A stretch of DNA of 64,000 nt, from the NCBI GenBank assembly GCA_963756005.1, contig CAVWMC010000008.1, positions 541,125 to 605,124 on the forward strand, written 5' to 3'. The DNA comes from an uncultured delta proteobacterium. Lineage in GTDB: Bacteria; Desulfobacterota; Binatia; Binatales; Binataceae. Within the stretch, counting starts at the first letter, position 1; each line of letters starts with the position of its first letter. Shown one piece after another: positions 19,834 through 31,241 of the stretch. Below the pieces are notes generated by a model. The model was not told the origin of the DNA, made no database searches, and saw only the letters and a program-made list of their open reading frames with translations. The translations under genes and the position numbers were made by a program.

Positions 19834-20559
19834 TTGCGTGAAGAGATAAACCGGCTGATGGACCTTCAGGTCATCGACCGGCAATTGAAAGAGTTGGAGC
19901 AATCGCTGACCTCGATTGCCGGGCGAGTTGACCAGCTTCGCGACGAGAACAAAAGCCATCAGACCGAGCTCGATCGCCTCACCGAACAAGACAAGGAAAT
20001 AACCGCCGCCCGCAAAAAGGCCGAGCGCGAGCTGGCCGAGGGCGAAGTCCGTATCCGCAACAAGCGGATGCGCTTGACGCTGGTTCGCAACGACAAGGAA
20101 TTGCAGGCGCTGACGCATGAGGTCGAGTCGTTGAAGGAAACCAATCAGCGGCTCGAGACCGAATTGCTCACGTCGATGGAAGGCGCGGACGCGCGCACGG
20201 CGCGAATCAAGGAGCTGACCGAGGCGCTCGCGAAGGGAAAGGTCGATCTGACGGCGGCGGAAAGAGAAATCGCGGCCGAAGTCGAAGAGCTCAAGGGTAA
20301 TATCGCCAAGACCCGCAAGGCGCGCGAGAAAGTCGCCGAGAATGTCGATGCGGGACTGCTCTCGCGCTACCAGATGATTTTCAGCCGTCGCGCCGGCGTC
20401 GCCGTGGCGAAGGCTACCGGAGGCACCTGCCAGGGATGCCGGATGCGCCTGCCGCCCCAGCTATACAACGAAATCCAGAAGCATCTGCAGATCCACTTCT
20501 GCCCGAACTGCCAGCGCGTCCTGTACTACGAGGAGCCGGCGGCGGAAAAGGCGAGCTAG
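19834..20559 (+). CDS. COG1579/DUF164 zinc-ribbon coiled-coil protein
   Basis: Long coiled-coil (LQVIDRQLKELEQSL...) ending in a C4 zinc ribbon GGTCQGCRMRLPPQLYNEIQKH...HFCPNCQRVLYYEE. Probable TTG start at 19834 with GGAGAG 6-11 nt upstream (ATG at 19858 is the alternative). Confidence 0.65.
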   Translation: MREEINRLMDLQVIDRQLKELEQSLTSIAGRVDQLRDENKSHQTELDRLTEQDKEITAARKKAERELAEGEVRIRNKRMRLTLVRNDKELQALTHEVESLKETNQRLETELLTSMEGADARTARIKELTEALAKGKVDLTAAEREIAAEVEELKGNIAKTRKAREKVAENVDAGLLSRYQMIFSRRAGVAVAKATGGTCQGCRMRLPPQLYNEIQKHLQIHFCPNCQRVLYYEEPAAEKAS

Positions 20560-20620
20560 CGGATTGATCTTAACCTCTCCTCGGACAAGGAGAAGCTAGG
20601 ATTCGGTACGACTTGCGCGC

Positions 20621-21193
20621 TCATTCGCCCGTACGTCGCCAGCGAGTTCCATCTCGAATCAGCGTGAACACCGCCGGCATCGGGATCGATTCCCAGAACT
20701 CATAATCGACGTCCGGCATGATCGCGTGAAGCGCCAGCGCGATCAGATTGCCGTGGCTCGCGACTATCACCGTGCCTGCCGAGTGCCGCGACGCGATCGT
20801 ATCCAGCACGCGCAGGATTCTCGCCTGCGCGATTCGTCCGCTCTCGCCACCGTGCGCCGCGTAGTCGAAGTCCTCCCACGAGCGCTTGAGATGCGCTCTC
20901 CAATCGGGCAATTCGTCCGCCGACAGCATCCGCTCGCGCAGATCTTCGATCGTCGCGATCGCGAGCCCGCGCGCGTGCGCAATCGGCTCGATCGTTTGCC
21001 GCGCGCGCAGGTAGGGACTCGAATATGCGGCGTCGATCCGCGTCGAGGTATGTTGCGCGCCGAGTTGATGCGCGTCGCGCATTCCTTTGGCGGTAAGCGG
21101 ACGCGTGAATTCATCGAACCCCGCCGTCCCCGGCGCAACCGGCTCCGCATGGCGCACAAGCAGCACCGTCAGCGACATTTCGCCGTTCGCCAT
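20621..21193 (-). CDS. histidine phosphatase family protein (phosphoglycerate mutase-like)
   Basis: LLVRHAEPV (RHG/RHA catalytic His motif)...TAKGMRDAHQLGAQ...VIVASHGNLIALAL are histidine phosphatase superfamily branch 1 signatures. Confidence 0.7.
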   Translation of the reverse strand: MANGEMSLTVLLVRHAEPVAPGTAGFDEFTRPLTAKGMRDAHQLGAQHTSTRIDAAYSSPYLRARQTIEPIAHARGLAIATIEDLRERMLSADELPDWRAHLKRSWEDFDYAAHGGESGRIAQARILRVLDTIASRHSAGTVIVASHGNLIALALHAIMPDVDYEFWESIPMPAVFTLIRDGTRWRRTGE

Positions 21194-21211
21194 GCTCTCA
21201 TTTCCTTCTGA

Positions 21212-21253
21212 TTCCCTCCCCCAAAAGATGGGGGAGGGTTAGGGTGGAGGACC
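21212..21253. repeat. palindromic repeat type A variant (ttccctccccc-aaaagat-gggggaggg + ttagggtggaggacc tail)
   Basis: Intergenic between convergent genes ending at 21193 and 21288. Shares the ttagggtggaggacc tail with copies at 22862, 30579 and 31075. Confidence 0.7.
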
Positions 21254-21287
21254 TTATCAGGCGCAGATGTCTGTGGCGCCGCAAGAT

Positions 21288-22292
21288 TCAATGCATCAGG
21301 ACCGCGCGGAAGCGCACCTTCCCCGTGATCATCCTCTCGTAGCCTTCCGCCGCCTTCTCAATCGGAAACGTCTCGATCATCGCGCGCACTCCCGTCTGCG
21401 CCGCGAACTTCAGCGTATCCTCCGAGTCCTTCGACGTCCCCGCCGGCCATCCGGCAATCGTGCGCTGTGCGCCAATCAACTGGAACGACGAGACTGCGAA
21501 CGGGTCGGCACTTGCGCCGACGATTACCAATCTGCCGCGCGCGCCGAGGCCATCGACCAGCGCGCCGATCGCCTTCGGATCGGGCGCGGTGGCGAGAATC
21601 ACGGCGGCGCCACCTTCCTTGTTCAACTCCGCCGCCACGTCCTGCTTGCCGCTATCGATATAGCGTCGAGCACCGAGCTTCAGCGCCAGCGTCTGCTTGT
21701 CTTCGCCGCGTCCGATCGCGACGACGTCGTAACCGGATTTCGCCGCAAACTGGATTCCCAAATGCCCGAGTCCGCCGATCCCCTGGATACCCACGAGGTC
21801 GCCCGGCCCCGCGCCACTATGACGCAGCGCGTTGAAGGTCGTGATCCCCGCGCACATCAGCGGCGCGACCTCTTCGGGCCGCAGCGCGTCGGGGATATGC
21901 GCGAGTGCTTCGACCGGCGCAATCACGTGCGCCGAGTAGCCGCCGTCGTAACTGATCCCGGGAATTTTCAAAAATTTGCAATTGATAAAATCGCCGCGCC
22001 GGCACGGCTCGCATCGAAAACAGTTCCCGCCATGCCATCCGACGCCGACGCGGTCGCCGGCCTTCCATTCACCGGCGTCCTCGCCCAGAGCCTCGATTAC
22101 GCCCGCAATCTCATGTCCCGGCGACCGCGGATAAGTGATCCCCGGCCACGCCCCCTCCTTGGTGAACTCATCGCTGTGACAAACTCCGCACGCCTGCACC
22201 CTAATCCGAACCTGCCCGCGCGCCGGCTCGACGATTTTCTCGTCAAATAGTTTGAACGGCCCTTTAGCTTGCTCGACGCGAACCGATTTCAT
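21288..22292 (-). CDS. zinc-dependent alcohol dehydrogenase
   Basis: GVCHSDEFTKEGAWPGITYPRSPGHEIAGVIEALGEDA...GGNCFRCEPCRRGDFINC (structural zinc CxxCxxC) and Rossmann GIQGIGGLGH. AGGAGG lies 8 nt upstream of the ATG. Confidence 0.85.
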   Translation of the reverse strand: MKSVRVEQAKGPFKLFDEKIVEPARGQVRIRVQACGVCHSDEFTKEGAWPGITYPRSPGHEIAGVIEALGEDAGEWKAGDRVGVGWHGGNCFRCEPCRRGDFINCKFLKIPGISYDGGYSAHVIAPVEALAHIPDALRPEEVAPLMCAGITTFNALRHSGAGPGDLVGIQGIGGLGHLGIQFAAKSGYDVVAIGRGEDKQTLALKLGARRYIDSGKQDVAAELNKEGGAAVILATAPDPKAIGALVDGLGARGRLVIVGASADPFAVSSFQLIGAQRTIAGWPAGTSKDSEDTLKFAAQTGVRAMIETFPIEKAAEGYERMITGKVRFRAVLMH

Positions 22293-22460
22293 TTTTCGGC
22301 ACCTCCTACTTGCGGGGACGTGCAATCAGAATTACGCCGCCGCGCGTGTTGTGTCAGCAGAAGAGCTTGTCCGACTCTTCCCCTCTTCAGAAGGGAGAGG
22401 GGGCGAGGGGTGAGGTTCCGATAGAAGGAGTGCTGATCGAAAACCTGCTACTCTTACACC

Positions 22461-22806
<346 letters not shown>

Positions 22807-22861
22807 TTTTTTCAGTGAACGCAGAACGCCCGCATCCCGCCATCTTTTCCAATATTTCCAA

Positions 22862-22902
22862 TTCCCTCCTCCCACGTTGGAGGAGGGCTAGGGTGGAGGA
22901 CC
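22862..22902. repeat. palindromic repeat type A (ttccctcctcc-cacg-ttggaggaggg + ctagggtggaggacc)
   Basis: Located 55 nt downstream of the rnpB 3' end. Same family as 30579-30619. Confidence 0.7.
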
Positions 22903-23016
22903 GCATTGGCTGCGATTGTGCGCACGAGGAAGGCGGGCACGGCGGCCCGCCCCACTTAAGACAAACGGATAAACGCACCCTGATGAATAAAACCCGAACA
23001 ACAGGTCTGCGACGCC

Positions 23017-23109
23017 CCTGAGAGCAAAGTAGCGCGCTGCGCGCAACTTTGCGCTTCATACTGGGTGCAGGGGTCACCCCTGCCGCCCGCCGCGCAGGCG
23101 ATTATTCTT
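23017..23109. repeat. 93-bp direct repeat copy R1 (two hairpins: gcaaagtagcgcgc/gcgcgcaactttgc and gcaggggtcacccctgc)
   Basis: cctgagagcaaagtagcgcgctgcgcgcaactttgcgcttcatactgggtgcaggggtcacccctgccgcccgccgcgcaggcgattattctt. It is ~95% identical to the copy at 24447-24539. Sits directly 3' of the ArsA-like gene. Confidence 0.8.
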
Positions 23110-23113
23110 CTTC

Positions 23114-24349
23114 CTAGGCGGTCACCTCGCGCGCCGCCACCTCCAACCCCTTCAACATCCCAATACCCGAAGTCAGATACCCCGCCACCCTCGACAGCGC
23201 CGCCAAATCTCTCACGCCAGCCTCAATCTCCGGCGCGATTGCGAGCCTCACGCCCTTGGGCAACTCGCGCGCGAACGCCGCGACGCGCTCGATCTCGCCA
23301 AGCGTCCGTTCGCGATACTCCTCAAAATGATGCACCAGCCGCCCGAACCCATTGGCCTCGGTGCCATCCTTCGCCATCGACGCGCGCAACTCCGAAATCT
23401 CCGCCAGATGACTCAGCGGACGTTCCACCGAGTCTGCGGCGGCCGAGCGTTCTCGCGCCAGGCGCGCGCTTTCCTGAAAAGTCCGCTCGTCGAGAAACCG
23501 GTTGATCACGATCGCCGACAGCTTCAGTCCCTCGGCGTCCATCTGCGCGAGCAGCTCGCGCGCCTGCATGATACGGTCGGGCTCCGCCGTCGTCACCATC
23601 ACGAACTTGACCGCCGGCGAATGCAGCAGCGCCTCGGTCTTCTGCAAACGATCGATAATCGCGTCCATGCTCTCGGCCATCGCCGCGAAAAAATCCGTGA
23701 TCGTCGAGAGCACGTTGCTGCCGGCGAAACGCTCGAGCTCGCGCACCACGAATCGCGCCGCCTCGCTCGCCACCTTCATCGCGATCCGCCCTGCCGACAG
23801 CGACGGCGTGAACAACCATCGCGCGGTGCGCGAATCGAGCAGGCGGGCCAGCCGCGCCGGCGTTTGCAGGAACTCAAACGAATGCGACGCGGGCGGAGTA
23901 TCCACGATTTCGAGCTCGAAACTGCCCGCCTGATGAAGATCATAAAGCCGCTGGAGCGCGGCGAAGGCCTCGGCGCCGGCGAATTCGGAAGTCAGGCTTT
24001 TGTAGAATGGATTGTCGAAAACCCGGCGCCGCGTCGCCGGCTCGGCGACGAAACGCTCGATGATCGAGTCCCACGCGCCCGATACGTCAAGCATCATCGC
24101 CGATAGCTTAAGATGCGGGTCGAGCCCGGCCGCCGCCAGTTGCCGCGCGCCGATCCGCGTCGGCTGGCCGCCCAGCCGCGCCAGCCCGAGCGCGTCGCGC
24201 AACCGCTCCGACGGATCCACGGTAATCACCGCGGTATTGAGACCCGCCGACGCCCCCGCCAGCGCCAGCGCAGCGGCAATCGTAGTCTTACCGACGCCGC
24301 CAGTGCCGAGCAGAATCGGAATCGAGCCTTTGGTGAGCAGGTCTTTCAA
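23114..24349 (-). CDS. ArsA/Get3-family P-loop ATPase
   Basis: IPILLGTGGVGKTTIAAALA (deviant Walker A), DTPPASH switch motif, 411 aa. SIMIBI-class ArsA-like fold. No arsenic-resistance partners (arsB/arsD/arsR) nearby. Confidence 0.7.
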   Translation of the reverse strand: MKDLLTKGSIPILLGTGGVGKTTIAAALALAGASAGLNTAVITVDPSERLRDALGLARLGGQPTRIGARQLAAAGLDPHLKLSAMMLDVSGAWDSIIERFVAEPATRRRVFDNPFYKSLTSEFAGAEAFAALQRLYDLHQAGSFELEIVDTPPASHSFEFLQTPARLARLLDSRTARWLFTPSLSAGRIAMKVASEAARFVVRELERFAGSNVLSTITDFFAAMAESMDAIIDRLQKTEALLHSPAVKFVMVTTAEPDRIMQARELLAQMDAEGLKLSAIVINRFLDERTFQESARLARERSAAADSVERPLSHLAEISELRASMAKDGTEANGFGRLVHHFEEYRERTLGEIERVAAFARELPKGVRLAIAPEIEAGVRDLAALSRVAGYLTSGIGMLKGLEVAAREVTA

Positions 24350-24446
24350 GTATCGGCTCCGTCGAAGGTCACAATATCAGTCCCGCCGCACATTTCCTCT
24401 CACAAGCTACTTTTACGATCGGTTAACAAGCCATCGATCCTTCGTC

Positions 24447-24539
24447 CCTGAGAGCAAAGTAGCGCGCTTCGTGCAACTTTGCGCTTCTCACTGGGTGCAG
24501 GGGTCACCCCTGCCGCCCGCCGCGCAGGCGATTACTCTT
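24447..24539. repeat. 93-bp direct repeat copy R2
   Basis: cctgagagcaaagtagcgcgcttcgtgcaactttgcgcttctcactgggtgcaggggtcacccctgccgcccgccgcgcaggcgattactctt. Lies between the divergent ArsA-like and rmuC starts. Confidence 0.8.
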
Positions 24540-24647
24540 TATCGCGACAACCGCTGTCATCACCCGACGTTAAGATGTCCGCAGTGAGTTCGACGCCACC
24601 CGCATCGAAGGCTACAATCGAAAGCGGATGGCGTAGGAGGTGGCTTG

Positions 24648-25916
24648 ATGGAGTCGGAAATTGTCGCGGCTGCGTTGATCGTTCTGAGCGTTCTCTCGCT
24701 CGCGGGGTTGCTGCTCGTAATCGCAAAACTGCGCTCGCTCCCGGCCGGCGATTCCGTCGCGCAATTGGGCGAGCGGCTCGATTCAATCGCCCGCGACCTC
24801 GACGAAAAACTGACCCAGACGCGCACCGACCTCGCCGGCCGCCTGCAGCAGGCGCAAGGCGATCTCAATCTCGCGACCGCCGATCGCCTGTCGCAAGGAT
24901 TTCTCAACCTCAACGCCGCCCTCGAACAGCATCTCTCCGCCGGCCGCCAGGAGCAGGCCAATTCGCTCAAGCTCGAGATAGCCGCGCTGACGACTCAGAC
25001 CAAAGACAGCATCGAGGGCATCCGCGCCGACGTCGGCGACAAACTTGCGGCAATCACGAACACCGTGCAGGTCAAGCTCGATCAGAATATCAAGGACGGC
25101 TTTGCGCAATTCGAAAAAGTCCAGAGTCATCTCAATGAAGCGCAGGAGCAATTGAAAAATCTCGGCGTGATCGGCGCGTCGATCAACGACCTCAACAACC
25201 TGCTCAAGATGCCGCATCTGCGCGGCCGCTTCGGCGAGCAGGGGCTCGAGCGCCTGCTCGAAGATTTCCTCCCGCGTCACATGTACGACCTGCAGGCGTC
25301 GCCCGGCGGCGAAGGTGCGGGGCGCGTCGATGCGATCATAAAGTTTCCCGACCGCGTGCTGCCGATCGACGCCAAGTTTCCGCGCGAGCAGGTGCTGGCG
25401 CTGTTCGACACCAACGATCCGCAGGCTATCGACGACGCGCGCGTCGAGTTCGAGCGCGTGATGAAGGAGCAGGCCAAGCGTATCGCCGGTTACATCAGGC
25501 CAGAAGCGGGCACCACCGATATGGCGCTGATGTATCTGCCGAGCGAAACGCTCTACATGGAGGCGGTCGTCAACGCCGATCTGAGCAACTGGCTCAACCA
25601 ACGCCGCGTGTACCCGGTGTCGCCCAACACGCTGATCGTGACGCTGCAATCGATCCAGATGGTGTTCAAAATGTACGAATACGCGAAGGGGCACGAGCGC
25701 GCGACCGAGGAATTGAAGAAGGCGCAGGGCGCGTTCGGACATTTCGAGAATCAGTTCGAGACACTCGGCAAGTCATTGTCAAAGGCGCAGGACGCATTCG
25801 AGGTCGCCAAGGGCCATCTGACGCGCTATCGCAATCGCGTCACGAATCTGACGGGGGAACCAGCGCCGGAGTTGGAGTTTCCGGCGCCGCCGACGAATCT
25901 GCGGGAGATCGCGTAG
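24648..25916 (+). CDS. rmuC: DNA recombination protein RmuC
   Basis: N-terminal TM helix (IVAAALIVLSVLSLAGLLLVIA), long coiled-coil, and C-terminal RmuC domain (VDAIIKFPDRVLPIDAKFP...LMYLPSETLYMEAV...PVSPNTLIVTLQSIQ). Confidence 0.8.
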   Translation: MESEIVAAALIVLSVLSLAGLLLVIAKLRSLPAGDSVAQLGERLDSIARDLDEKLTQTRTDLAGRLQQAQGDLNLATADRLSQGFLNLNAALEQHLSAGRQEQANSLKLEIAALTTQTKDSIEGIRADVGDKLAAITNTVQVKLDQNIKDGFAQFEKVQSHLNEAQEQLKNLGVIGASINDLNNLLKMPHLRGRFGEQGLERLLEDFLPRHMYDLQASPGGEGAGRVDAIIKFPDRVLPIDAKFPREQVLALFDTNDPQAIDDARVEFERVMKEQAKRIAGYIRPEAGTTDMALMYLPSETLYMEAVVNADLSNWLNQRRVYPVSPNTLIVTLQSIQMVFKMYEYAKGHERATEELKKAQGAFGHFENQFETLGKSLSKAQDAFEVAKGHLTRYRNRVTNLTGEPAPELEFPAPPTNLREIA

Positions 25917-26016
25917 AGAAGTCGTTAAGGACCGCTGCGCGATTTCAGAGACCGGAACCGGCTTCGCTGGCGCGTAGTCGGAAAATTCCAGTCCAGGCTT
26001 GGAGATGCGGAACCCT

Positions 26017-26500
26017 AACCCCTTACCCCTTCCCCAGAATGGGGAAGGGGAACAACTTCAGGGAAATCGGTCCCGTCCTATCCCCCTCACCCCCTTTCCA
26101 GAATGGAAAGGGGGAACAGAAACGCCGGTCCCGAGGGCTCTTCCAGCATGGAGAGTGGGAACAGAAAATCGGTTCTGAGGGCTTTTCCAGTAATGGAGAG
26201 TGGGAACTGAAAATTCGGTCCGAGCGCGTCTCCACTATCGAAAGGAGGAACAGAGATGTCCTACCTCGCTAGCCCCTTTTCAGGATCGATAGGAGCAACC
26301 CGAAGCTCTTGTGCCTGTTCCCCCTTTCCGGACCGGAAAGGGGGTGAGGGGGATAGGACGGTGGCGCGCCAGAGTGTTCTTTCCGATCCCCCTTCCCCAA
26401 TTTTTCCTGGGGAAGGGGTTAGGGGTTAGGGTGGTTTTGTTTGCTGGATGGAAGGGGGGAACAGAAATTGGCGCCCGCGTCGAGTCCCCAACTCCCTAGC
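26017..26500. repeat. cluster of ~8 degenerate tandem palindromic units (~45-60 bp each), BIME/REP-cluster-like; not CRISPR
   Basis: Units such as ccccttcccc-agaat-ggggaagggg+aacaacttcagggaaatcggtcccg, ccccctttcc-agaat-ggaaaggggg+aacagaaacgccggtcccgagggc, ttccagcatggagagtggg+aacagaaaatcggttctgagggc and ccccctttcc-ggacc-ggaaaggggg. The last unit carries the ggggttaggggttagggtgg tail. A 15-bp inverted pair tcctatccccctcac (26081) / gtgagggggatagga (26345) is also present. Lies between the convergent rmuC and GNAT genes. Confidence 0.75.
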
Positions 26501-26519
26501 CCCTTTGCCTCGATGACAA

Positions 26520-27719
26520 TCAACTGGATTCCTGGTCTGACGGTGGTGGCGGTTTCAACTGGCTGCGTTCTTTGCCCGCGACGATCCATCGCTCGACTTC
26601 GTGGCGCTCGCGTTTCAGAAATCCCGCAATCGCGCGTTTTAGATCTGGATTCGAGACGTAGTGGATGCTGCGCGTCAATGCCGGGTCGAAGCCGCGTAGC
26701 CATTTGTATTCGCCGCCCGCGCCGGGCTCGTAACGTTGGATGCCGTGCAGGATCGAGTGCTCGATTCCCGCGTAATAGCAGACGTTGAAATGCAGGAAGC
26801 GCTCCTCGCGGAAGCATCCCCAGTAGCGGCCGTACATCACATTCGCCTTGGCGAGATTGACCGCGCCCGCAATCAGCTCGCGTCCGGAGTAGGCGCCGAT
26901 GAAAACCATGTTGCGCTTGAACGTCCGGCGGATCAGATCGAAAAAATCCGGCGTCAGATAGCGCCGCCCCCAGTAGAGCTTTTCGATCGTCGAGCAATAG
27001 ATCTGGTACATCTCGGCGAACATCTTGTCGGGAATTTCCTCGCCCGCCGTCACTCGGATGCGGACGCCTTGGTCGTCCAGCGCCGCGCGCTCGTGACGGA
27101 CCGCCGTGCGCCGCTTGTGCTTGAGGCGGTTGAGATAGTCGTCGAAGGTCGCAAAGCCGGCGTTATGCCAATGGTACTGGTAGCCAAGGCGCTCCATGAA
27201 TCCGATTGGCGCGAGCGCGCTGGCCTCGTCGGGCTCGCAGAAGTTGACGTGCACCGACGAGAGCTTGTTGTCTTCGCAAATCGAGGTGAGCGCGAGGCCG
27301 AGCAGATTTATCAGACCGCCGCGATCAGTGCCCGGTGCGGTAAGAAATCGGCGTCCCGTATGCGGCGTGAACGGCACGCCAACCACAATCTTCGGAAAGT
27401 AGCGCAGCCCGGCGCGCTCGGCGGCGTCGGCCCATCCGTGGTCGAAGACGAACTCGCCCATGCTGTGGGTCTTCAGGTAGAGCGGGCAGGCGGCGACGAT
27501 CTTTTTCGCCGGACCCTGGCGAACGATCAGATGATACGGCGCCCATCCGGTGTCGCGCGCGGCCGAGCCCGATTGCTCCATCGCGCGCAGCCAATCCCAT
27601 TCGACGAACGGCGAGTCGTCAGGCGCGAGCAGGCCGTCCCACGCGTCACGCGAAACTTTGTCGATACCTTCGACGATTGCGACGTCGAGTCGTGGCGCGG
27701 AATCATTCATGACGGACAC
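26520..27719 (-). CDS. FemAB-like / DUF482-type GNAT acyltransferase family protein
   Basis: 399 aa. WAPYHLIVRQGP...ACPLYLKTHSMGEFVFDHGWADAAERAGLRYFPKIVVGVPFTPHTGRRFL...YYAGIEHSILHGIQRYEPGAGGEYK resembles the PF04339 family (BioF2-like acetyltransferase domain). Confidence 0.5.
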   Translation of the reverse strand: MSVMNDSAPRLDVAIVEGIDKVSRDAWDGLLAPDDSPFVEWDWLRAMEQSGSAARDTGWAPYHLIVRQGPAKKIVAACPLYLKTHSMGEFVFDHGWADAAERAGLRYFPKIVVGVPFTPHTGRRFLTAPGTDRGGLINLLGLALTSICEDNKLSSVHVNFCEPDEASALAPIGFMERLGYQYHWHNAGFATFDDYLNRLKHKRRTAVRHERAALDDQGVRIRVTAGEEIPDKMFAEMYQIYCSTIEKLYWGRRYLTPDFFDLIRRTFKRNMVFIGAYSGRELIAGAVNLAKANVMYGRYWGCFREERFLHFNVCYYAGIEHSILHGIQRYEPGAGGEYKWLRGFDPALTRSIHYVSNPDLKRAIAGFLKRERHEVERWIVAGKERSQLKPPPPSDQESS

Positions 27720-27833
27720 AAAATATCAGACTTATCGCAATGGAACCGATTTATTCCGATGCTCACTAGGCATCGGCGAATTTGTTATTATATTTAGCAG
27801 ACGGAGCGGAGCGCTCCGAGCGACAGAGGTGAG

Positions 27834-28208
27834 ATGGCGGATTTCGTGCGCAAAATTTCGGCGCGAATCACCGACGGCGACGGCCGTGGCGACGGCCGTG
27901 CCGGCGACGGCGATACCGTTACCGAGCGCAAGACCCGCACCAAGTCGAAGACCGCCAAACCGCCTCTGTTCAAGGTGATTTTGCTCAATGACGATTACAC
28001 GCCGATGGAGTTCGTGGTCGAAGTTCTGAAGGCGGTGTTTCACAAGCCGCATGCCGACGCGACCCGAATCATGCTGCACGTGCATCAGAACGGCATGGGC
28101 GTCGCCGGTGTGTATCCCTACGAAGTCGCGGAGACCAAGACCCACACCGTCGAGGAACTGGCGCGGCAGGCTGAGTATCCGCTCAAATGCGTGATGGAAA
28201 AGGAGTGA
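27834..28208 (+). CDS. clpS: ATP-dependent Clp protease adaptor ClpS
   Basis: [61 protein letters not shown] is the ClpS core. Carries a Gly/Asp/Arg-rich N-terminal extension. Confidence 0.9.
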   Translation: MADFVRKISARITDGDGRGDGRAGDGDTVTERKTRTKSKTAKPPLFKVILLNDDYTPMEFVVEVLKAVFHKPHADATRIMLHVHQNGMGVAGVYPYEVAETKTHTVEELARQAEYPLKCVMEKE

Positions 28209-28223
28209 CAGGCAGAAGTATAA

Positions 28224-30569
<2,346 letters not shown>

Positions 30570-30578
30570 TCTCCGGAT

Positions 30579-30619
30579 TCCCTCCTCCAATGTTGGAGGA
30601 GGGTTAGGGTGGAGGACCT
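30579..30619 (+). repeat. palindromic repeat type A (ttccctcctcc-aatg-ttggaggaggg + ttagggtggaggacc), left inverted copy flanking DUF559 gene
   Basis: Located 10 nt after the clpA stop. The reverse-complement copy lies at 31075-31115, on the other side of the DUF559 gene. Confidence 0.75.
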
Positions 30620-30669
30620 TTAGCGGCGCGATTGTCTGTACGCGCCGCGATTCCGGCCAGTACATTCAG

Positions 30670-31044
30670 ATGGCGCACGAGCCAACACTCACACGCGATA
30701 CAGCGCGCAATCTGCGCGCCAGCGCAACGGAAGCGGAACAAAAGCTATGGTCGCGATTGCGCACGAAGCAGCTCGATGGCTTCCAGTTCCGCAGGCAGTA
30801 CTCAATTGGGCCGTTCTTCGTCGATTTCATTTGCCTGGAAGCGGACTTGATCGTCGAACTTGATGGTTCGCAGCACGCCGATCAGAAAGAGCAGGACGAA
30901 AGCCGAAGCGCATTTCTGCGGTCTTATGGTTGTCGGGTGTTGCGGTTCTGGAACTTCGATGTAATTAGCGATGTCGATTCCGTTGTCGAGCAAATTGCTG
31001 AGACGCTCAGGCGCACGCCGAGGCGAGACAAGCAGAGAAGATAG
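30670..31044 (+). CDS. DUF559 endonuclease-domain protein (Vsr-like fold)
   Basis: ATEAEQKLWSRLRTKQLDGFQFRRQYSIGPFFVDFICLEADLIVELDGSQHADQKEQDESRSAFLRSYGCRVLRFWNFDV is the standard DUF559 architecture. Confidence 0.7.
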   Translation: MAHEPTLTRDTARNLRASATEAEQKLWSRLRTKQLDGFQFRRQYSIGPFFVDFICLEADLIVELDGSQHADQKEQDESRSAFLRSYGCRVLRFWNFDVISDVDSVVEQIAETLRRTPRRDKQRR

Positions 31045-31074
31045 TGCGGCGCATCAGGCAATCGCGCGGCAAAT

Positions 31075-31115
31075 GGTCCTCCACCCTAACCCTCCTCCAA
31101 CGTAGGAGGAGGGAA
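31075..31115 (-). repeat. palindromic repeat type A, inverted copy (ggtcctccaccctaa-ccctcctcc-aacg-taggaggaggg-aa)
   Basis: Reverse complement of the 30579-30619 element; together they bracket the DUF559 gene. Confidence 0.75.
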
Positions 31116-31213
31116 TCCGGAGCGCACGCTGGGTTCGGTTCCGGTGAGGACGCGGGAATCTCTCTTAACTGATGGCGCCCTCGCCCTGGAGCGAATCCGG
31201 GCTGGCCGTCTGA

Positions 31214-31241
31214 TTCCCTCCTCCAACGTAGGAGGAGGGAA
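31214..31241. repeat. palindromic repeat type A, core hairpin only (ttccctcctcc-aacg-taggaggagggaa)
   Basis: A third copy of the core, 100 nt from the previous one and directly abutting the 3' end of the DsbA-like gene. Confidence 0.65.

Noticed and set aside
22330-22460. Separate small RNA upstream of rnpB
   Set aside because: This is probably just the rnpB promoter/leader plus a REP-like hairpin (ccctcttcagaagggagaggg). No independent conserved motifs were seen.
26017-26500. Possible CRISPR array (regularly spaced GC-rich palindromes)
   Set aside because: The units are degenerate and contiguous, with no alternation of identical repeats and unique spacers, no cas genes and no leader. It is better explained as a REP/BIME-like palindrome cluster.
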